Below are positions 19,769-30,251 of a stretch of DNA of 64,000 nt, in pieces; the first letter of the stretch is position 1; each line of letters begins with the position of its first letter. The position numbers and the translations under genes were made by a program. The stretch is from Pontiella sp. (GTDB lineage Bacteria; Verrucomicrobiota; Kiritimatiellia; Kiritimatiellales; Pontiellaceae): assembly GCA_050290185.1 (NCBI GenBank), contig JBNKHE010000002.1, positions 32,001 to 96,000 on the forward strand, in the 5' to 3' direction. A model generated the notes under the pieces. The model did not search any database. It was given only the letters and a program-made list of their open reading frames with translations, and had not been told where the DNA came from.

Positions 19769-22700
19769 TCCATGCCAATCCGGATAGTGCCTTTACCACT
19801 GACGCTTTCGATTTCAGGATTGTACATGCACGAGGCCGAAACCGCGGGCCAGACAAACTCGCCGACTGTCACCGCACGTAAGGCATAGCAATAGCTCTTG
19901 CCGCCATCGAATGCCCCCGGAAAGACAAGCACACGGTCATCGCGAATATCGAGATGCTGCACCGGCAAGGTCTGCATATCGCCGGCCCGTCTTACCGACT
20001 CCGATGTTTTCAACGCACTGTTTTCAACTTCCAGTCCTGCGGGCAGTAAATCTTCGATCACCATGTTTTCAAGCCACCGATCCGCCGATAGATTCAGTTT
20101 AACGATATACAGCTCGCCCTGCGTCAATCTCATCGGATCGACATCCTTACCGTTTAGGTCCAGCAAGGATCGTCGAATCCGAACACCCCGGTCATGCTCA
20201 TCGGTTTCGCCATCGGCAGAAACGCCTTCCGACTTCCAACAAAGAAACAAATCACCCTCGCCATGGTTTTCAACTTGCACGTTTTCGCCCCGCAGTGATT
20301 CAAGCGCTACCCGCAATTCTTCACGGTCTTCAAACCCAACACGGTGCGCACCGCCGCCCCAGCTGACCCGGCCCGAAACCGGCTTTTGTTTTGCGGCCAG
20401 TTGCTTCGTATATTTGCCCAGAGCCATCAGCGCCATGGCATTGTCCTGCGTATGGCTCCAACGCCCATTGGATTGGGCGTCCTCCAACCAGCGAACCAGC
20501 ACGGGAATCTTCCCGTTCTCAGGATCGACATCCAACAGCGCGGAAAGCAAAAAAGCATTGCCACGCACGGCGGACCGAAGGCTGCCGCCGCTTTCGACAG
20601 GAACCGATACGGACGACGAACCGCCCAGACGGTCCAGCAGCTCCACCGCCTGCCGCCGTTGCCCGGCCGCCAGCGCGGCGGATACCAGATTGATGCGCGT
20701 ATCGTAGCGGAGCCCATTCCATTTTTCGCACAACCGCGCCATGGTGCCGTGCTGCGGCCGGCCACCCAGCGCGAGCACAAGACATCCATAGGATGCGTTG
20801 TAGTCCCAGCCGTTGTGGTCGAACGACGCGTTGCGCACCTTGTTCTCCACATAATCCAGCGCCTCTTCGAGCCGGTCCTTCGGCACGGTGTATCCCGCGC
20901 GGGAAGCCTCCACTAGAAAATGCGTGGCGTAGATCGAACCCCATTCATAGGTGCCGCCATTCGGCCAGAGCGAAAACCCGCCATGGCTGTTTTGCATCGA
21001 CAGGATGCGGTAGATGCCCGCGTTGACAAATTCGGTCGTCCCATCCTTACCCAACCAACCGGGCCGCGTTTGTTCGACCAGCTCCGACAGGTACAGCAGC
21101 GGAAACGATTTCGAGGTGGTCTGCTCCAGACATCCGCAGGGATAGTCGATGAGGTAATCGAGGCTTCCGCCCAGCTTGACGGCCGGCAATGCGGAGATCC
21201 ACAGCGAAGCCTCTCCGGTTCCTTCCAGCCATTTTCCGGGAATGGAAACGTCCGTCTCCGTCCCGGCCTCGACCTTGCCATATCCGCAGAAAACCGTGCG
21301 CGGTGCCGCCGGACGAACCGCGATTTCAACATCCTCCACATAGTGTTCCGGGCCCATTTCCGCCGTCAGTTTGCAAACAGCCTTCCCGGGCATCGCGGCG
21401 GTCTTCAGATGGAATTCGAGATTGGTGGCGCTGCCCCCCGCGAGGAAGATGCGGGAAGCGGCGGCATCGCATTCGAGCGGCCCCTCGCAAGCCACCGACA
21501 CCGCCACATCGTCGTCTTGCTTTGATTCGTTGTAGACGCGCACCGGCATGGTGAATACATCCTCCGGCGCGAGAAAGCGCGGCAGGCTGCTCTGCACCAC
21601 CAGCGGGCGCTTGACCAACACCGACTGTTCGGCGGAACCAAAGCGGAAGCGATCAATTACCACCGCCATGACCCGCAGCTGGCCGGTAAATTCCGGCACG
21701 TCGAACACGACGCGAGCCTGCCCGTTGGTGTCCGTCTCGACGGAGCTCGACCACAGCGCAACCGGCTTGAAGCGCCGCGCCTTGATCGGATTGAGCCGCT
21801 TGCCGATGGCCGCCAGCATGCCGCCACCCGGCGCCGACGCAGCGCCGGCAACATGGTCCATCGCTTCCGGCATTAACCGGGCGTAGAGGTCGTGCAGTTC
21901 CATCCCCGGCAGGCGCGGACCGAAAAAATAGTCGTAGGGGTCGGGCGTCTTGAATCCGGTCAGCATGCAGATGCCCTCATCGACCGCCGCCAGCACGATT
22001 TCGGATTTGCATCCGGCGCCTTCGGCATCATGGACCAGCAGCGGTATTTCGAGCTTCATGCCGGGCCGCATTTCGGCGGGAAGCTCCATCGCAACCGACA
22101 GCCTTTTTTCCGGCTGTTCCACAATCAATGGAATCCGTCCGGCGGCGCGATGCTGCCCCCACACCTCTTCCGGCAACGCCGGCCGGACCACGCTGACAGA
22201 GCAGTAGACATTCGGGCGGTAGGCCGCCTCGACGGGAAGTTTCACCTCGGCGGTATTGTTGGTCAACTCCATCACCCGGTGCAGCAGGATGGTATCGGAC
22301 TCGACGGTCAGCAGCGCCTTGCCGGGAAACGGCGAGTGAATCGACAACCGGGCGGTGTCGCCCACACGATAGGTTTCGTGGTCCAGTTCCAGCCCAACCC
22401 GATCCGGTGCCGCCATGGACCGTTCACCCCATCGCTGGCCGGGGGCATGGATCTGGAATTCCAGCGAGGATGCCGCCGTGCTTTTCTCGTCTTCAACCAC
22501 CAGCCGGTAATCCCCCGCATGCAGCGCCGCAAATTCAACGGAGGCCCGCCCGTTCACAACGACAACATCCCGGGACTCGATTTCGGAGGCCTGCTGTTCG
22601 GAACGATAGGCATAGTGGTCACCCTCCTTCCGCAACACGGTCACCCAGTTGAGTTTCTCGACCTTCGTCTTCAGTGCTCCGGAGCCAGCGACCAGCGAAC

Positions 22701-25152
22701 CATCCGGCGCAACGACCACCAGATCAAAGGAGTGGGTATTCCCGACCTCCAACGACTCGTCCGGACGGCGAATACCGACATAGCTGGGATAGACATCCAC
22801 GATGCGGCTTCCGTATTCGGTCACCGTCCGCCCCCCGGATTCCTGCACCGATCCTGAAACGACCGCCTTGATGGCCGCCGGCGGACGCCACTTCGTCGAG
22901 ATTTCCGCGGAGAACTCCATCTCACCATCGGCATCGAGCCTCTTCTTCCCCAGCGCCTTCTGCACGGTCTCGAATTCGCGGCGGGCATCGCCAAACGCGT
23001 AGTCTGCCCAGGCGGCCGGCGCAAAACCGCATGGCATGAAATCGATCCGCGCACGGACCGGCATCCCTGCAGCTGGACGCCCGAAGAGATGCTGCCCGGC
23101 CACCTTGAATTTAAAATCCGCGCCCGCCGCAATGCGGTCCCTGGAGATTTGGAGCGTGGTTCGAATTTGCGGCGGCACGAATTCTTCGACCGATACCGTC
23201 AACCCACCGATGCACACGTCCCCTCCCGGCATTTTGGTCTGCAGGTGGTATTTCCCGGTGGCGACATAGTCGGCCAGCGGAATAGTAAACTCGACGGCAC
23301 CATATTCCCCCAGCATGCCGTTGAGCGTTCGGTCGGTCTTGCCGTCAGGACGAATGACCGCCAGCTCCAGTGGGAACGCTTCGGGACAAACCGCATCGCG
23401 CTCGCGCACAACGGCCTTGCAATGCACCGTTTCGCCGGGACGGTAGATGCCGCGATCGGTGAACAGGAAGGCTTCGTAGCCCTTGTCGAGATAGGAGCGA
23501 TCGCCCGCCATGCCCCGCAGATTGACCTGCGAGCCATCGAGCTGCATATAGGTCAGATCGTCGCCATGTTCAACGACCACCAGAAAGGGTTTCCCTTCGG
23601 AAAGCATCGCTTCAGGGTCGAGCCGAAGCAGTCCGTCCGCTCCGGTTTCGCCGCTCAGCAAGAGCTGGTTTTCCTCCGACAGAATCCGAACCGAAGCGCC
23701 TGCGACAGGGTCGAGCGTGCGGATCGAATTGACCCATACCAGCATATCCTTTCCCGACTGCCGCAACGACAGGCCCAGATCGCTGACCACCACATCGTGC
23801 GATGTTTGTCCACCCCGCTCGCCCTTGATCTCAATGTGGAATGCGCCGGTTTTTCCATCGAGCCGATCCCGCAGCTCAAGGTTGCGTTCCACGATTTCGT
23901 TGGCGGCGGCATCGACCGGAAGCTCGAATTCACACACGGGTTGATCGAGTCCCTGGTAAGTCGATCCATAATAATAGCCGCTTCGCCCCGACTGGCGCAT
24001 CACCAGCTGAACCAGATTATTGGAATAGATCCGGTTGATTTTTACCGAACACTTTCCGGCATTCACCGCCTTGAACGGAATCGACAGATTGCCTTGCGGC
24101 GAGAGATAGGTCCCTCTTGCGGAAAATTCCACGGCCGAACGATGCCAGGGAAAATAAACCGTGCGCGCATCGTCCTTTTCCAACAGTGCGGCCTGCTCGC
24201 TCACCAGTCCCTTGCGGAAGGAAACGGTATATTGCTCGCCCGCCTTGAAATCACCCAGAATGCGCAGGTACTGCCGCCCGCTCCAGGAATCGCGGGCTTC
24301 CACGCTAAAATCCATTTCAGGTTTTATGCCGAGAAACGCTTTCGCCACCGCGGGATCGACTGGCGCGTTGAACGCGACCTCCACTTGCCCGGGCTCGAAA
24401 GGCTTCGACTTGGCCGCGATGCGCAAGACGCGTAGATCCCGGGAAACATCGACTTGGCGAACGGCATCCTGCCCCAACCCCAACGGTCCCGCGGTGGAGG
24501 TCAGGCCCTTGCGCACCGTTACCTCCAGTTCGCCTTCCACAATCGCATCCATCGAAACCCGGATGGTTTTGCGGGGCGCGGCGTTACCGCTTGACAGAAC
24601 CTTCACTTCCTTTCCCGCCGCATCCCGGACCGTCAGGTATTTCCTGAGTATCGACGGCGACACCGCTTGGCTGAATTCAAAATCCAGCTGAACCGAAGCT
24701 ACATCCCCAACATTGCTTTGACGAACATCCAACAAGGCAAGCGGCGAAGATTGAAAAGCCGTTGTACGGTTCCCATCCAACGGTTTTCCTTCCAGGGAAC
24801 GAAGGTCATCTTCAAACACCGCCGCAAACGGAACACAGGCTGCCCAGCCGTCGGACGGACGAAAGGAGAGTTCGCTGGCTGCGGTCCAGCAGAATTCACC
24901 CTTCACACCGGGAGAAAACAGGACCGGGCCGCTATCCATCCATTGGCCAATGCGATCGATCGCCACCATGTCCGATGAGAAGCGCCAGCGGACCACATCG
25001 CGCGAACCTGATTCCACCATTCCGTCTTCCGGTGCAACGAGCGAGGCTCGAACGGGGCCCGTATTCCGCTGGCCGCCAAGCCAGCGGAATACGGCGTAGC
25101 CGTTCAGGAGGAGAAAACAGAGACCGAGAACAAACCAGCGATGACCCTTCAC
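19765..25152 (-). CDS. bacterial alpha-2-macroglobulin (YfhM-like)
   Basis: 1795 aa; FTDRGIYRPGE, VEEFVP, AAVDEGI, thioester motif GCLEQ, DLLPAGLE; N-terminal TM anchor. Confidence 0.95.
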   Translation of the reverse strand: MKGHRWFVLGLCFLLLNGYAVFRWLGGQRNTGPVRASLVAPEDGMVESGSRDVVRWRFSSDMVAIDRIGQWMDSGPVLFSPGVKGEFCWTAASELSFRPSDGWAACVPFAAVFEDDLRSLEGKPLDGNRTTAFQSSPLALLDVRQSNVGDVASVQLDFEFSQAVSPSILRKYLTVRDAAGKEVKVLSSGNAAPRKTIRVSMDAIVEGELEVTVRKGLTSTAGPLGLGQDAVRQVDVSRDLRVLRIAAKSKPFEPGQVEVAFNAPVDPAVAKAFLGIKPEMDFSVEARDSWSGRQYLRILGDFKAGEQYTVSFRKGLVSEQAALLEKDDARTVYFPWHRSAVEFSARGTYLSPQGNLSIPFKAVNAGKCSVKINRIYSNNLVQLVMRQSGRSGYYYGSTYQGLDQPVCEFELPVDAAANEIVERNLELRDRLDGKTGAFHIEIKGERGGQTSHDVVVSDLGLSLRQSGKDMLVWVNSIRTLDPVAGASVRILSEENQLLLSGETGADGLLRLDPEAMLSEGKPFLVVVEHGDDLTYMQLDGSQVNLRGMAGDRSYLDKGYEAFLFTDRGIYRPGETVHCKAVVRERDAVCPEAFPLELAVIRPDGKTDRTLNGMLGEYGAVEFTIPLADYVATGKYHLQTKMPGGDVCIGGLTVSVEEFVPPQIRTTLQISRDRIAAGADFKFKVAGQHLFGRPAAGMPVRARIDFMPCGFAPAAWADYAFGDARREFETVQKALGKKRLDADGEMEFSAEISTKWRPPAAIKAVVSGSVQESGGRTVTEYGSRIVDVYPSYVGIRRPDESLEVGNTHSFDLVVVAPDGSLVAGSGALKTKVEKLNWVTVLRKEGDHYAYRSEQQASEIESRDVVVVNGRASVEFAALHAGDYRLVVEDEKSTAASSLEFQIHAPGQRWGERSMAAPDRVGLELDHETYRVGDTARLSIHSPFPGKALLTVESDTILLHRVMELTNNTAEVKLPVEAAYRPNVYCSVSVVRPALPEEVWGQHRAAGRIPLIVEQPEKRLSVAMELPAEMRPGMKLEIPLLVHDAEGAGCKSEIVLAAVDEGICMLTGFKTPDPYDYFFGPRLPGMELHDLYARLMPEAMDHVAGAASAPGGGMLAAIGKRLNPIKARRFKPVALWSSSVETDTNGQARVVFDVPEFTGQLRVMAVVIDRFRFGSAEQSVLVKRPLVVQSSLPRFLAPEDVFTMPVRVYNESKQDDDVAVSVACEGPLECDAAASRIFLAGGSATNLEFHLKTAAMPGKAVCKLTAEMGPEHYVEDVEIAVRPAAPRTVFCGYGKVEAGTETDVSIPGKWLEGTGEASLWISALPAVKLGGSLDYLIDYPCGCLEQTTSKSFPLLYLSELVEQTRPGWLGKDGTTEFVNAGIYRILSMQNSHGGFSLWPNGGTYEWGSIYATHFLVEASRAGYTVPKDRLEEALDYVENKVRNASFDHNGWDYNASYGCLVLALGGRPQHGTMARLCEKWNGLRYDTRINLVSAALAAGQRRQAVELLDRLGGSSSVSVPVESGGSLRSAVRGNAFLLSALLDVDPENGKIPVLVRWLEDAQSNGRWSHTQDNAMALMALGKYTKQLAAKQKPVSGRVSWGGGAHRVGFEDREELRVALESLRGENVQVENHGEGDLFLCWKSEGVSADGETDEHDRGVRIRRSLLDLNGKDVDPMRLTQGELYIVKLNLSADRWLENMVIEDLLPAGLEVENSALKTSESVRRAGDMQTLPVQHLDIRDDRVLVFPGAFDGGKSYCYALRAVTVGEFVWPAVSASCMYNPEIESVSGKGTIRIGME

Positions 25153-26483
25153 TGCGCCGTCCCTTCCGCACGGGAGCCCAGCGCATACCAGTCCAGTTTA
25201 CGGGTGATCATCATGACCAGCGCCATCAAGCCGAACAGCAGGACGGAACCGGCGACCAGCGCATGATCCTCCGACTGCAACAGGACATAGAGGATCCCGT
25301 AGAGCAACGCCAGCAATCCGCCAAACGCCAGCCCACGCCCGATACTGTGCAGAATTCCGCACACGTAAAAGACGATCAGCCCGATGGTGGCCATACTCGC
25401 CACGCCATAGGAAAGGCCGAATCCGACATGCTCGGAAAGGCTGAGCAACAACAGGAAAAAAATCGCCTGCGCCAGCCCGACCAATCCGTACTGTACCGGA
25501 TGGATCTTCAATGCAGCCAGCACCTCGAAAAGCCAGAACGCGGCAAAGGTGATAAAGATGAAAAGAAATCCATATTTCAGCGCGCGGTCGGTCAGCGAAT
25601 ACAGACCAACCGGATCGATCAGGCTTACGCCGAACGACTGGACATAGCCTTTACCGGCTTTGATATTCTGCCGGGCGGAACTGGCCAGTGCATTGACATT
25701 CCAGACCGCCGAAAATCCTTCACCTGAGATCGTTCGATCATCGGGGAGAAATTCGCCTAGAAAGCTGGGGTGCGGCCAATCCGATTTCAGCGTGAAATGG
25801 TTTTCTGTACCGACAGGAATAAACTGGAGTTGCCGGGTACCGTTGATCCTTAGATCCGTACTGAACTGGAACGACTTGCCAAACACCCCGGCCGCATCCG
25901 GGAGCGCCACATGTATCCCTTCCTCCAGAGAAGTGAGTTTGCTGCCCTCTTCAAATTCAAGGGGTTGGCCGTTCCATTGCAGGATCGGAATGGAGGGGAG
26001 TCCCCGCGGATCATCGACGATGAAACAGGCATCCACCGAAACCAGTTCTGTGCGCGTGCTTTTGCGATGGCCCATCGATTCAAAGGATGGAAATGAGACG
26101 CTGCCGGAAAGTTTTCCTGCACTCTGGAATATGTTCGCTTTGAAGATGCCTCGCTTGCGCTCCTGCACCGACATCGTTCCTTCATACGTGCACATGGATG
26201 GGAAAACCAGTTGCGAATGAACGGCATCCATCTCCTTGTCGTACCAGACATCCTTTTCCTCGTTGTACAAGTGTTCGGTCCAAAACTCGCGAAAGATGAC
26301 CTTGAACACCGGTCCGCCGACTTGCTGCACCCCGGCATAACTCCCCGCAATGTTTTGCTCCACTTCATTCAGCCGGTCCTTGCGCTCCTGCGTCAGTCCA
26401 CCAATCGATCCCAACACTGCCAGCAGCACCAGCGAGATGCCGCTGAGCACCAGCAGCTTCAATAACATCTGTCGTCCCATCAT
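25149..26483 (-). CDS. creD: inner membrane protein CreD
   Basis: RKRGIFKA, SDWPHPSF.G.FLP, FGVSL, DRALKYGFLFI, IHPVQY.LVGLA, LLSLSEH, TRKLDWY; AGGAGG RBS before ATG 26483. Confidence 0.95.
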   Translation of the reverse strand: MMGRQMLLKLLVLSGISLVLLAVLGSIGGLTQERKDRLNEVEQNIAGSYAGVQQVGGPVFKVIFREFWTEHLYNEEKDVWYDKEMDAVHSQLVFPSMCTYEGTMSVQERKRGIFKANIFQSAGKLSGSVSFPSFESMGHRKSTRTELVSVDACFIVDDPRGLPSIPILQWNGQPLEFEEGSKLTSLEEGIHVALPDAAGVFGKSFQFSTDLRINGTRQLQFIPVGTENHFTLKSDWPHPSFLGEFLPDDRTISGEGFSAVWNVNALASSARQNIKAGKGYVQSFGVSLIDPVGLYSLTDRALKYGFLFIFITFAAFWLFEVLAALKIHPVQYGLVGLAQAIFFLLLLSLSEHVGFGLSYGVASMATIGLIVFYVCGILHSIGRGLAFGGLLALLYGILYVLLQSEDHALVAGSVLLFGLMALVMMITRKLDWYALGSRAEGTAQ

Positions 26484-26523
26484 ACCCAACCTCCTTGTTA
26501 TGCAGACAGGATGGCCGGGCTCT

Positions 26524-26561
26524 TTGAAAAGAGTTTGAACGCAATGTGAAATGGAGGTGAA
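26524..26561 (-). promoter_or_regulatory. four-unit cre-tag/blr-tag (CreB binding array)
   Basis: minus strand TTCAC-ctccat-TTCAC-attgcg-TTCAA-actctt-TTCAA, exact 11-bp period, between the creC stop and the creD RBS. Confidence 0.85.
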
Positions 26562-26564
26562 AAA

Positions 26565-28001
26565 TCATCCTTCCACGGGAATAAAGAGACTGGCGCACAC
26601 GCCGCCTTCAGGCCGGTTGGACAGCCGGATGTCGCCGCCGTGCAGCTTGGCGATTTCGCGGACAAAGTTGAGACCAAGACCGGAACCCTTCTTTCCGCCG
26701 TCGGGACGGGGCAGTGAATAGAAGCGTTCGAAGATGCGGTTGCGCGCATAATCGGGAATCCCCGAACCTTGATCGAGCACCTCGCAGAAAACAATGCCGC
26801 TTTCATTGCGCACCACCAATTCGACGATCGACTGCTCCGGCGAAAAATCGATTGCATTGCGCAGCAAGTTGGCCAACGCCTGCCGCAATAGGAAATATTC
26901 GCCGCACAGGGCTACATTATCCGGAATGTTTTTATGGATCTCGATCTGCCTCGCCTGCGCTACCGGCATGAGGCTGTCGATCACATCGTTCAACAGCTCG
27001 TGCACATCGATCGCCTCCGTATGCATCAGTCCCTTGCGCTTCTCCAGCGCGGCGAGCGAAAGCATGCGTTCAACCAAGCCCTGCATCCGTTCCGACTCGG
27101 AGCGGATGTTGTCGAGGAAGCGCTTCCGCTGTTCGGGGGTCATGTCCTCGTCCAGCAACTCGGCCGCGCCGCGTATGGCTGCCAAGGGACTCTTCATCTC
27201 GTGGGTGAGCGACTGGACATACTCCTCGACATACTGTTTGCCCTCCAGTGTATCGCGCATTTCCTCAAACGCGTTGGCCAGCTCGCTCATCTCGCCGCCG
27301 TGCCCGAGCTGGGGTCGCTTAACAGAACGCCCGTCGCGGATCGCCCGTGCATAGTCCGTCAGCGCGCGTACCGGCTGAATGATCCAAAGCGAAATGGGCA
27401 CGAGCATCAACAGGATGGCCGCGAAGGCGATCACGCACGAAACGACCAAGCGTTTACGGGCCTGCTGCATGAAGGGTGCAATGCTGCTCACGGGTTTGCC
27501 CACAGTCACCGCCCCGACAATCTCCCCGTCCACAATGACCGGTGCCGCAATGTAGAAATGAAAGCTGTCTAGATCGCCCTTGATGTCGTAGGAAGCCCGC
27601 GCCCCGTATTCCCCGGCCAGAGCCAAGCGGGTGTCCCGCCAATGGTATTCGTCACCTTCATCCAGTTTTCCGCGGGAATCGTAGAGCACCAGTTCAGCAC
27701 GGTTCACGATGATCACCCGCATGTTCATATTGGTTTTCGTAAAGTTGTAGATGTGGGCCGACAATTCACGGTTCCCGGCCCGCTCCAAGGCTTCATCGAA
27801 TGAAGAATCCAGCTTGATCTGGCCATCGGTTGCCTGCAAGGCCACCTGCTCGGCAAGAATCACCGAAGTGTCGACCATCGACTCCTCCATGGTGATGAAA
27901 TAATGCAGCCGCACATCGTGCACGATCCAGTCGACCAGCCAGTAGAATCCAATGGAAAGCAGGATCAGCGCGGTCAGCAGCAGGCGGGTCCGCATTTTCA
28001 T
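26565..28001 (-). CDS. creC: sensor histidine kinase CreC
   Basis: MEESMVDTS.ILAE, LAGEYGARAS, LEGKQYVEEYVQSLTHEMKSPL, NAIDFSP, FYSLPRP..KKGSGLGL. Confidence 0.95.
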   Translation of the reverse strand: MKMRTRLLLTALILLSIGFYWLVDWIVHDVRLHYFITMEESMVDTSVILAEQVALQATDGQIKLDSSFDEALERAGNRELSAHIYNFTKTNMNMRVIIVNRAELVLYDSRGKLDEGDEYHWRDTRLALAGEYGARASYDIKGDLDSFHFYIAAPVIVDGEIVGAVTVGKPVSSIAPFMQQARKRLVVSCVIAFAAILLMLVPISLWIIQPVRALTDYARAIRDGRSVKRPQLGHGGEMSELANAFEEMRDTLEGKQYVEEYVQSLTHEMKSPLAAIRGAAELLDEDMTPEQRKRFLDNIRSESERMQGLVERMLSLAALEKRKGLMHTEAIDVHELLNDVIDSLMPVAQARQIEIHKNIPDNVALCGEYFLLRQALANLLRNAIDFSPEQSIVELVVRNESGIVFCEVLDQGSGIPDYARNRIFERFYSLPRPDGGKKGSGLGLNFVREIAKLHGGDIRLSNRPEGGVCASLFIPVEG

Positions 28002-28705
28002 GCATTCACCTTCAAACAGTAGCCCCAGCCGCGGCGCGTCTGCAGGCAGTCGGCTTCCGGATCAATTTCACGCAACTTGGAGCGCAGGGTCTTGATGTGT
28101 GTATCGACCGTGCGATCCAGGCTAGACTCCGGTTCGTCCCATGCATGATTCATTAGCTGCTCGCGCGAAAACACCTGCCCGGGATGGCAGATCATCAGTT
28201 CCAACATACGGTATTCGTATCGGGAAAGCCCCAGCGGTCTCCCGTGGTAGTAGATATCCTTGCTCTTGGGATCCACCCGAAACAACGAAGGTGGCTCGGA
28301 TGGTGACGTATGGTTATGGTTGCCGTTGGTCCGGCGCAGAATGGCGCGGATGCGGGCGGTCAATTCACGCGGACTGAACGGCTTGGTCACATAATCGTCC
28401 GCCCCCAGCTCCAGACCAACGATCCGGTCGATCTCTTCCTCCCGCGCGGTCAAGAAGATGATCGGCACCTCTGATTTCGTGCGGATGCGGCGGCAAAAAT
28501 CAAATCCATTCTCGTCCGGCAATCCGACATCCAACACCACGAGATCGATAGACTGCCCCTCCAAAATCTCCCACGCTTCGCCGGCCATGCCGACGCAGAT
28601 GGGTTCCATGTTTTCGGTCCCGACCGCAAAGGCAATGTTTTCCGCGATCGACGGTTCGTCCTCGACGATCAGGATCTGATTTCTCGCAATGGGATTGGAT
28701 TCCAT
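27998..28705 (-). CDS. creB: OmpR-family response regulator CreB
   Basis: VEDEPSIA, LDVGLPD, GLELGADDY, LSRYEY, DRTVDTHIKTLRSKL; overlaps creC. Confidence 0.92.
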   Translation of the reverse strand: MESNPIARNQILIVEDEPSIAENIAFAVGTENMEPICVGMAGEAWEILEGQSIDLVVLDVGLPDENGFDFCRRIRTKSEVPIIFLTAREEEIDRIVGLELGADDYVTKPFSPRELTARIRAILRRTNGNHNHTSPSEPPSLFRVDPKSKDIYYHGRPLGLSRYEYRMLELMICHPGQVFSREQLMNHAWDEPESSLDRTVDTHIKTLRSKLREIDPEADCLQTRRGWGYCLKVNA

Positions 28706-28814
28706 AATCGGCAGACTATAGGCACATCCTTTCAGCGTTTCCAGCTTGAACGCCAGACCGTTAGGGCGCGAGATTCTTGATCATGCTTCGAATCCTTCGT
28801 GGTGAATACCCGTA

Positions 28815-30251
28815 TCAGCGCAGGAAGAAGCTGCCGCCGGGCTGACGGGTTTCGCCGGCGGTGGTGACGCGGATGGCGGCGAGGTCGTTGACGGGACATT
28901 CGTGCTGGCAGAGACCGCATCCAATGCAACGTTCCGGGTTCACCCGAGGCTGATGGAGCTCGATCGTCTTTCCGTCCAGCTCCACGGTAACGGTTTCCTT
29001 GTAGATCGCCTTGGGCGAAACGGGACAGACCTCTTCGCAAACCATGCAGTTGCGGCCGAACGACCATGGCAGGCAGCGCGAGCGGTCGACAAACGCATTA
29101 CCGACCTTGACGGGCTCTCCGGTTTCCACACCATGTTTCTGTTCGATGGTCAAACGCTCGATGGCACCGGACGGACAGACCTGCCCGCACATGACGCAGT
29201 TGTATTCGCAATAGCCCCGCTCCAGATCCATCACCGGTGTCCATATGCCGGAAACACCCGCTTCGGTGAAGGCCGGACGAAGCACCCCGGTCGGACAAGC
29301 CTTCATGCATTCACCGCATTTGATGCAACGGTCGAGAAAATGCGGCTCGGCCAACGCACCCGGAGGACGGATGCGTTCGGGATAGCCATCGACCGCCTGG
29401 GATTTCAACGCAATCACCGTGGCACCACCGGCCACGGCCGTGCCGAAGAATGCGCGACGCGATACGCCGACTTCGCGGTTGAGCTCCTCTTCCTTCGGCA
29501 TCCATTGCCAGGCCAGTGCCTTCTCGGGGCAATCCTCGATGCAGTTCCAGCACATGAAGCATTCGGCCATGCGGGTCTTTTGATCGGGGCTGCATGCGCC
29601 GATGCAGTCGCGGTTGCATAGTCCGCAATCGGTGCATTTATGCAGATCGCGAACAACACCGCCGGGAATGAATTTGGACGCGGTCCCGAGCAACGCCCCC
29701 AACGGGCAGATGTAGCGACACCAGAAGCGAGGCTTCCACGCGTTCAGCAGGAAGAGCACGGTGAAGATCGCGATCAGCATCCAGCCGAGCCGCATGCCCG
29801 GCGATACCAGCGCCTGGCAGGTACGGGTCAGCAAAGCGATTGGATCGAACAGACCAACCTGCATGAAACCGAAGGCGCTAGAGAGGAGCAGCACAATAAG
29901 AATCAGATATTTGTAGATCTGTGCCGGACTGTGGAAATTCTGCCGGATACGGTCCTTCACCTTCTTCGGACGCAGCCAGCGCGATGCAAGATGGAACAAG
30001 GTACCGAGCGGGCAGATCCATCCACAGAAGAAGCGTCCAAGAAACGGCGTCAACACCAGAATCAGCAAACCGATTCCCATGGTGTAGGCGATGTTATGGG
30101 CAGACAGCAGTGTGCCGACCGCATTGAGCGCCGAGCTGTCGAGGAACAGTGTAACCGGATATCCCTTCAGCCAGCCCTGTGCCGTCAGTGTGAACGCGAC
30201 GACGAACAGGCCGAGGAAGAATCCCTGATAATAACGGCGCAGCTTTCTCAT
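28815..30251 (-). CDS. membrane polyferredoxin (NapH-like membrane domain fused to NapG/MauM-like domain)
   Basis: GRFFCGWICPLG, RFWCRYICPLG, multiple CxxCxxCxxxCP motifs; internal SRRAFF motif. Confidence 0.9.
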   Translation of the reverse strand: MRKLRRYYQGFFLGLFVVAFTLTAQGWLKGYPVTLFLDSSALNAVGTLLSAHNIAYTMGIGLLILVLTPFLGRFFCGWICPLGTLFHLASRWLRPKKVKDRIRQNFHSPAQIYKYLILIVLLLSSAFGFMQVGLFDPIALLTRTCQALVSPGMRLGWMLIAIFTVLFLLNAWKPRFWCRYICPLGALLGTASKFIPGGVVRDLHKCTDCGLCNRDCIGACSPDQKTRMAECFMCWNCIEDCPEKALAWQWMPKEEELNREVGVSRRAFFGTAVAGGATVIALKSQAVDGYPERIRPPGALAEPHFLDRCIKCGECMKACPTGVLRPAFTEAGVSGIWTPVMDLERGYCEYNCVMCGQVCPSGAIERLTIEQKHGVETGEPVKVGNAFVDRSRCLPWSFGRNCMVCEEVCPVSPKAIYKETVTVELDGKTIELHQPRVNPERCIGCGLCQHECPVNDLAAIRVTTAGETRQPGGSFFLR

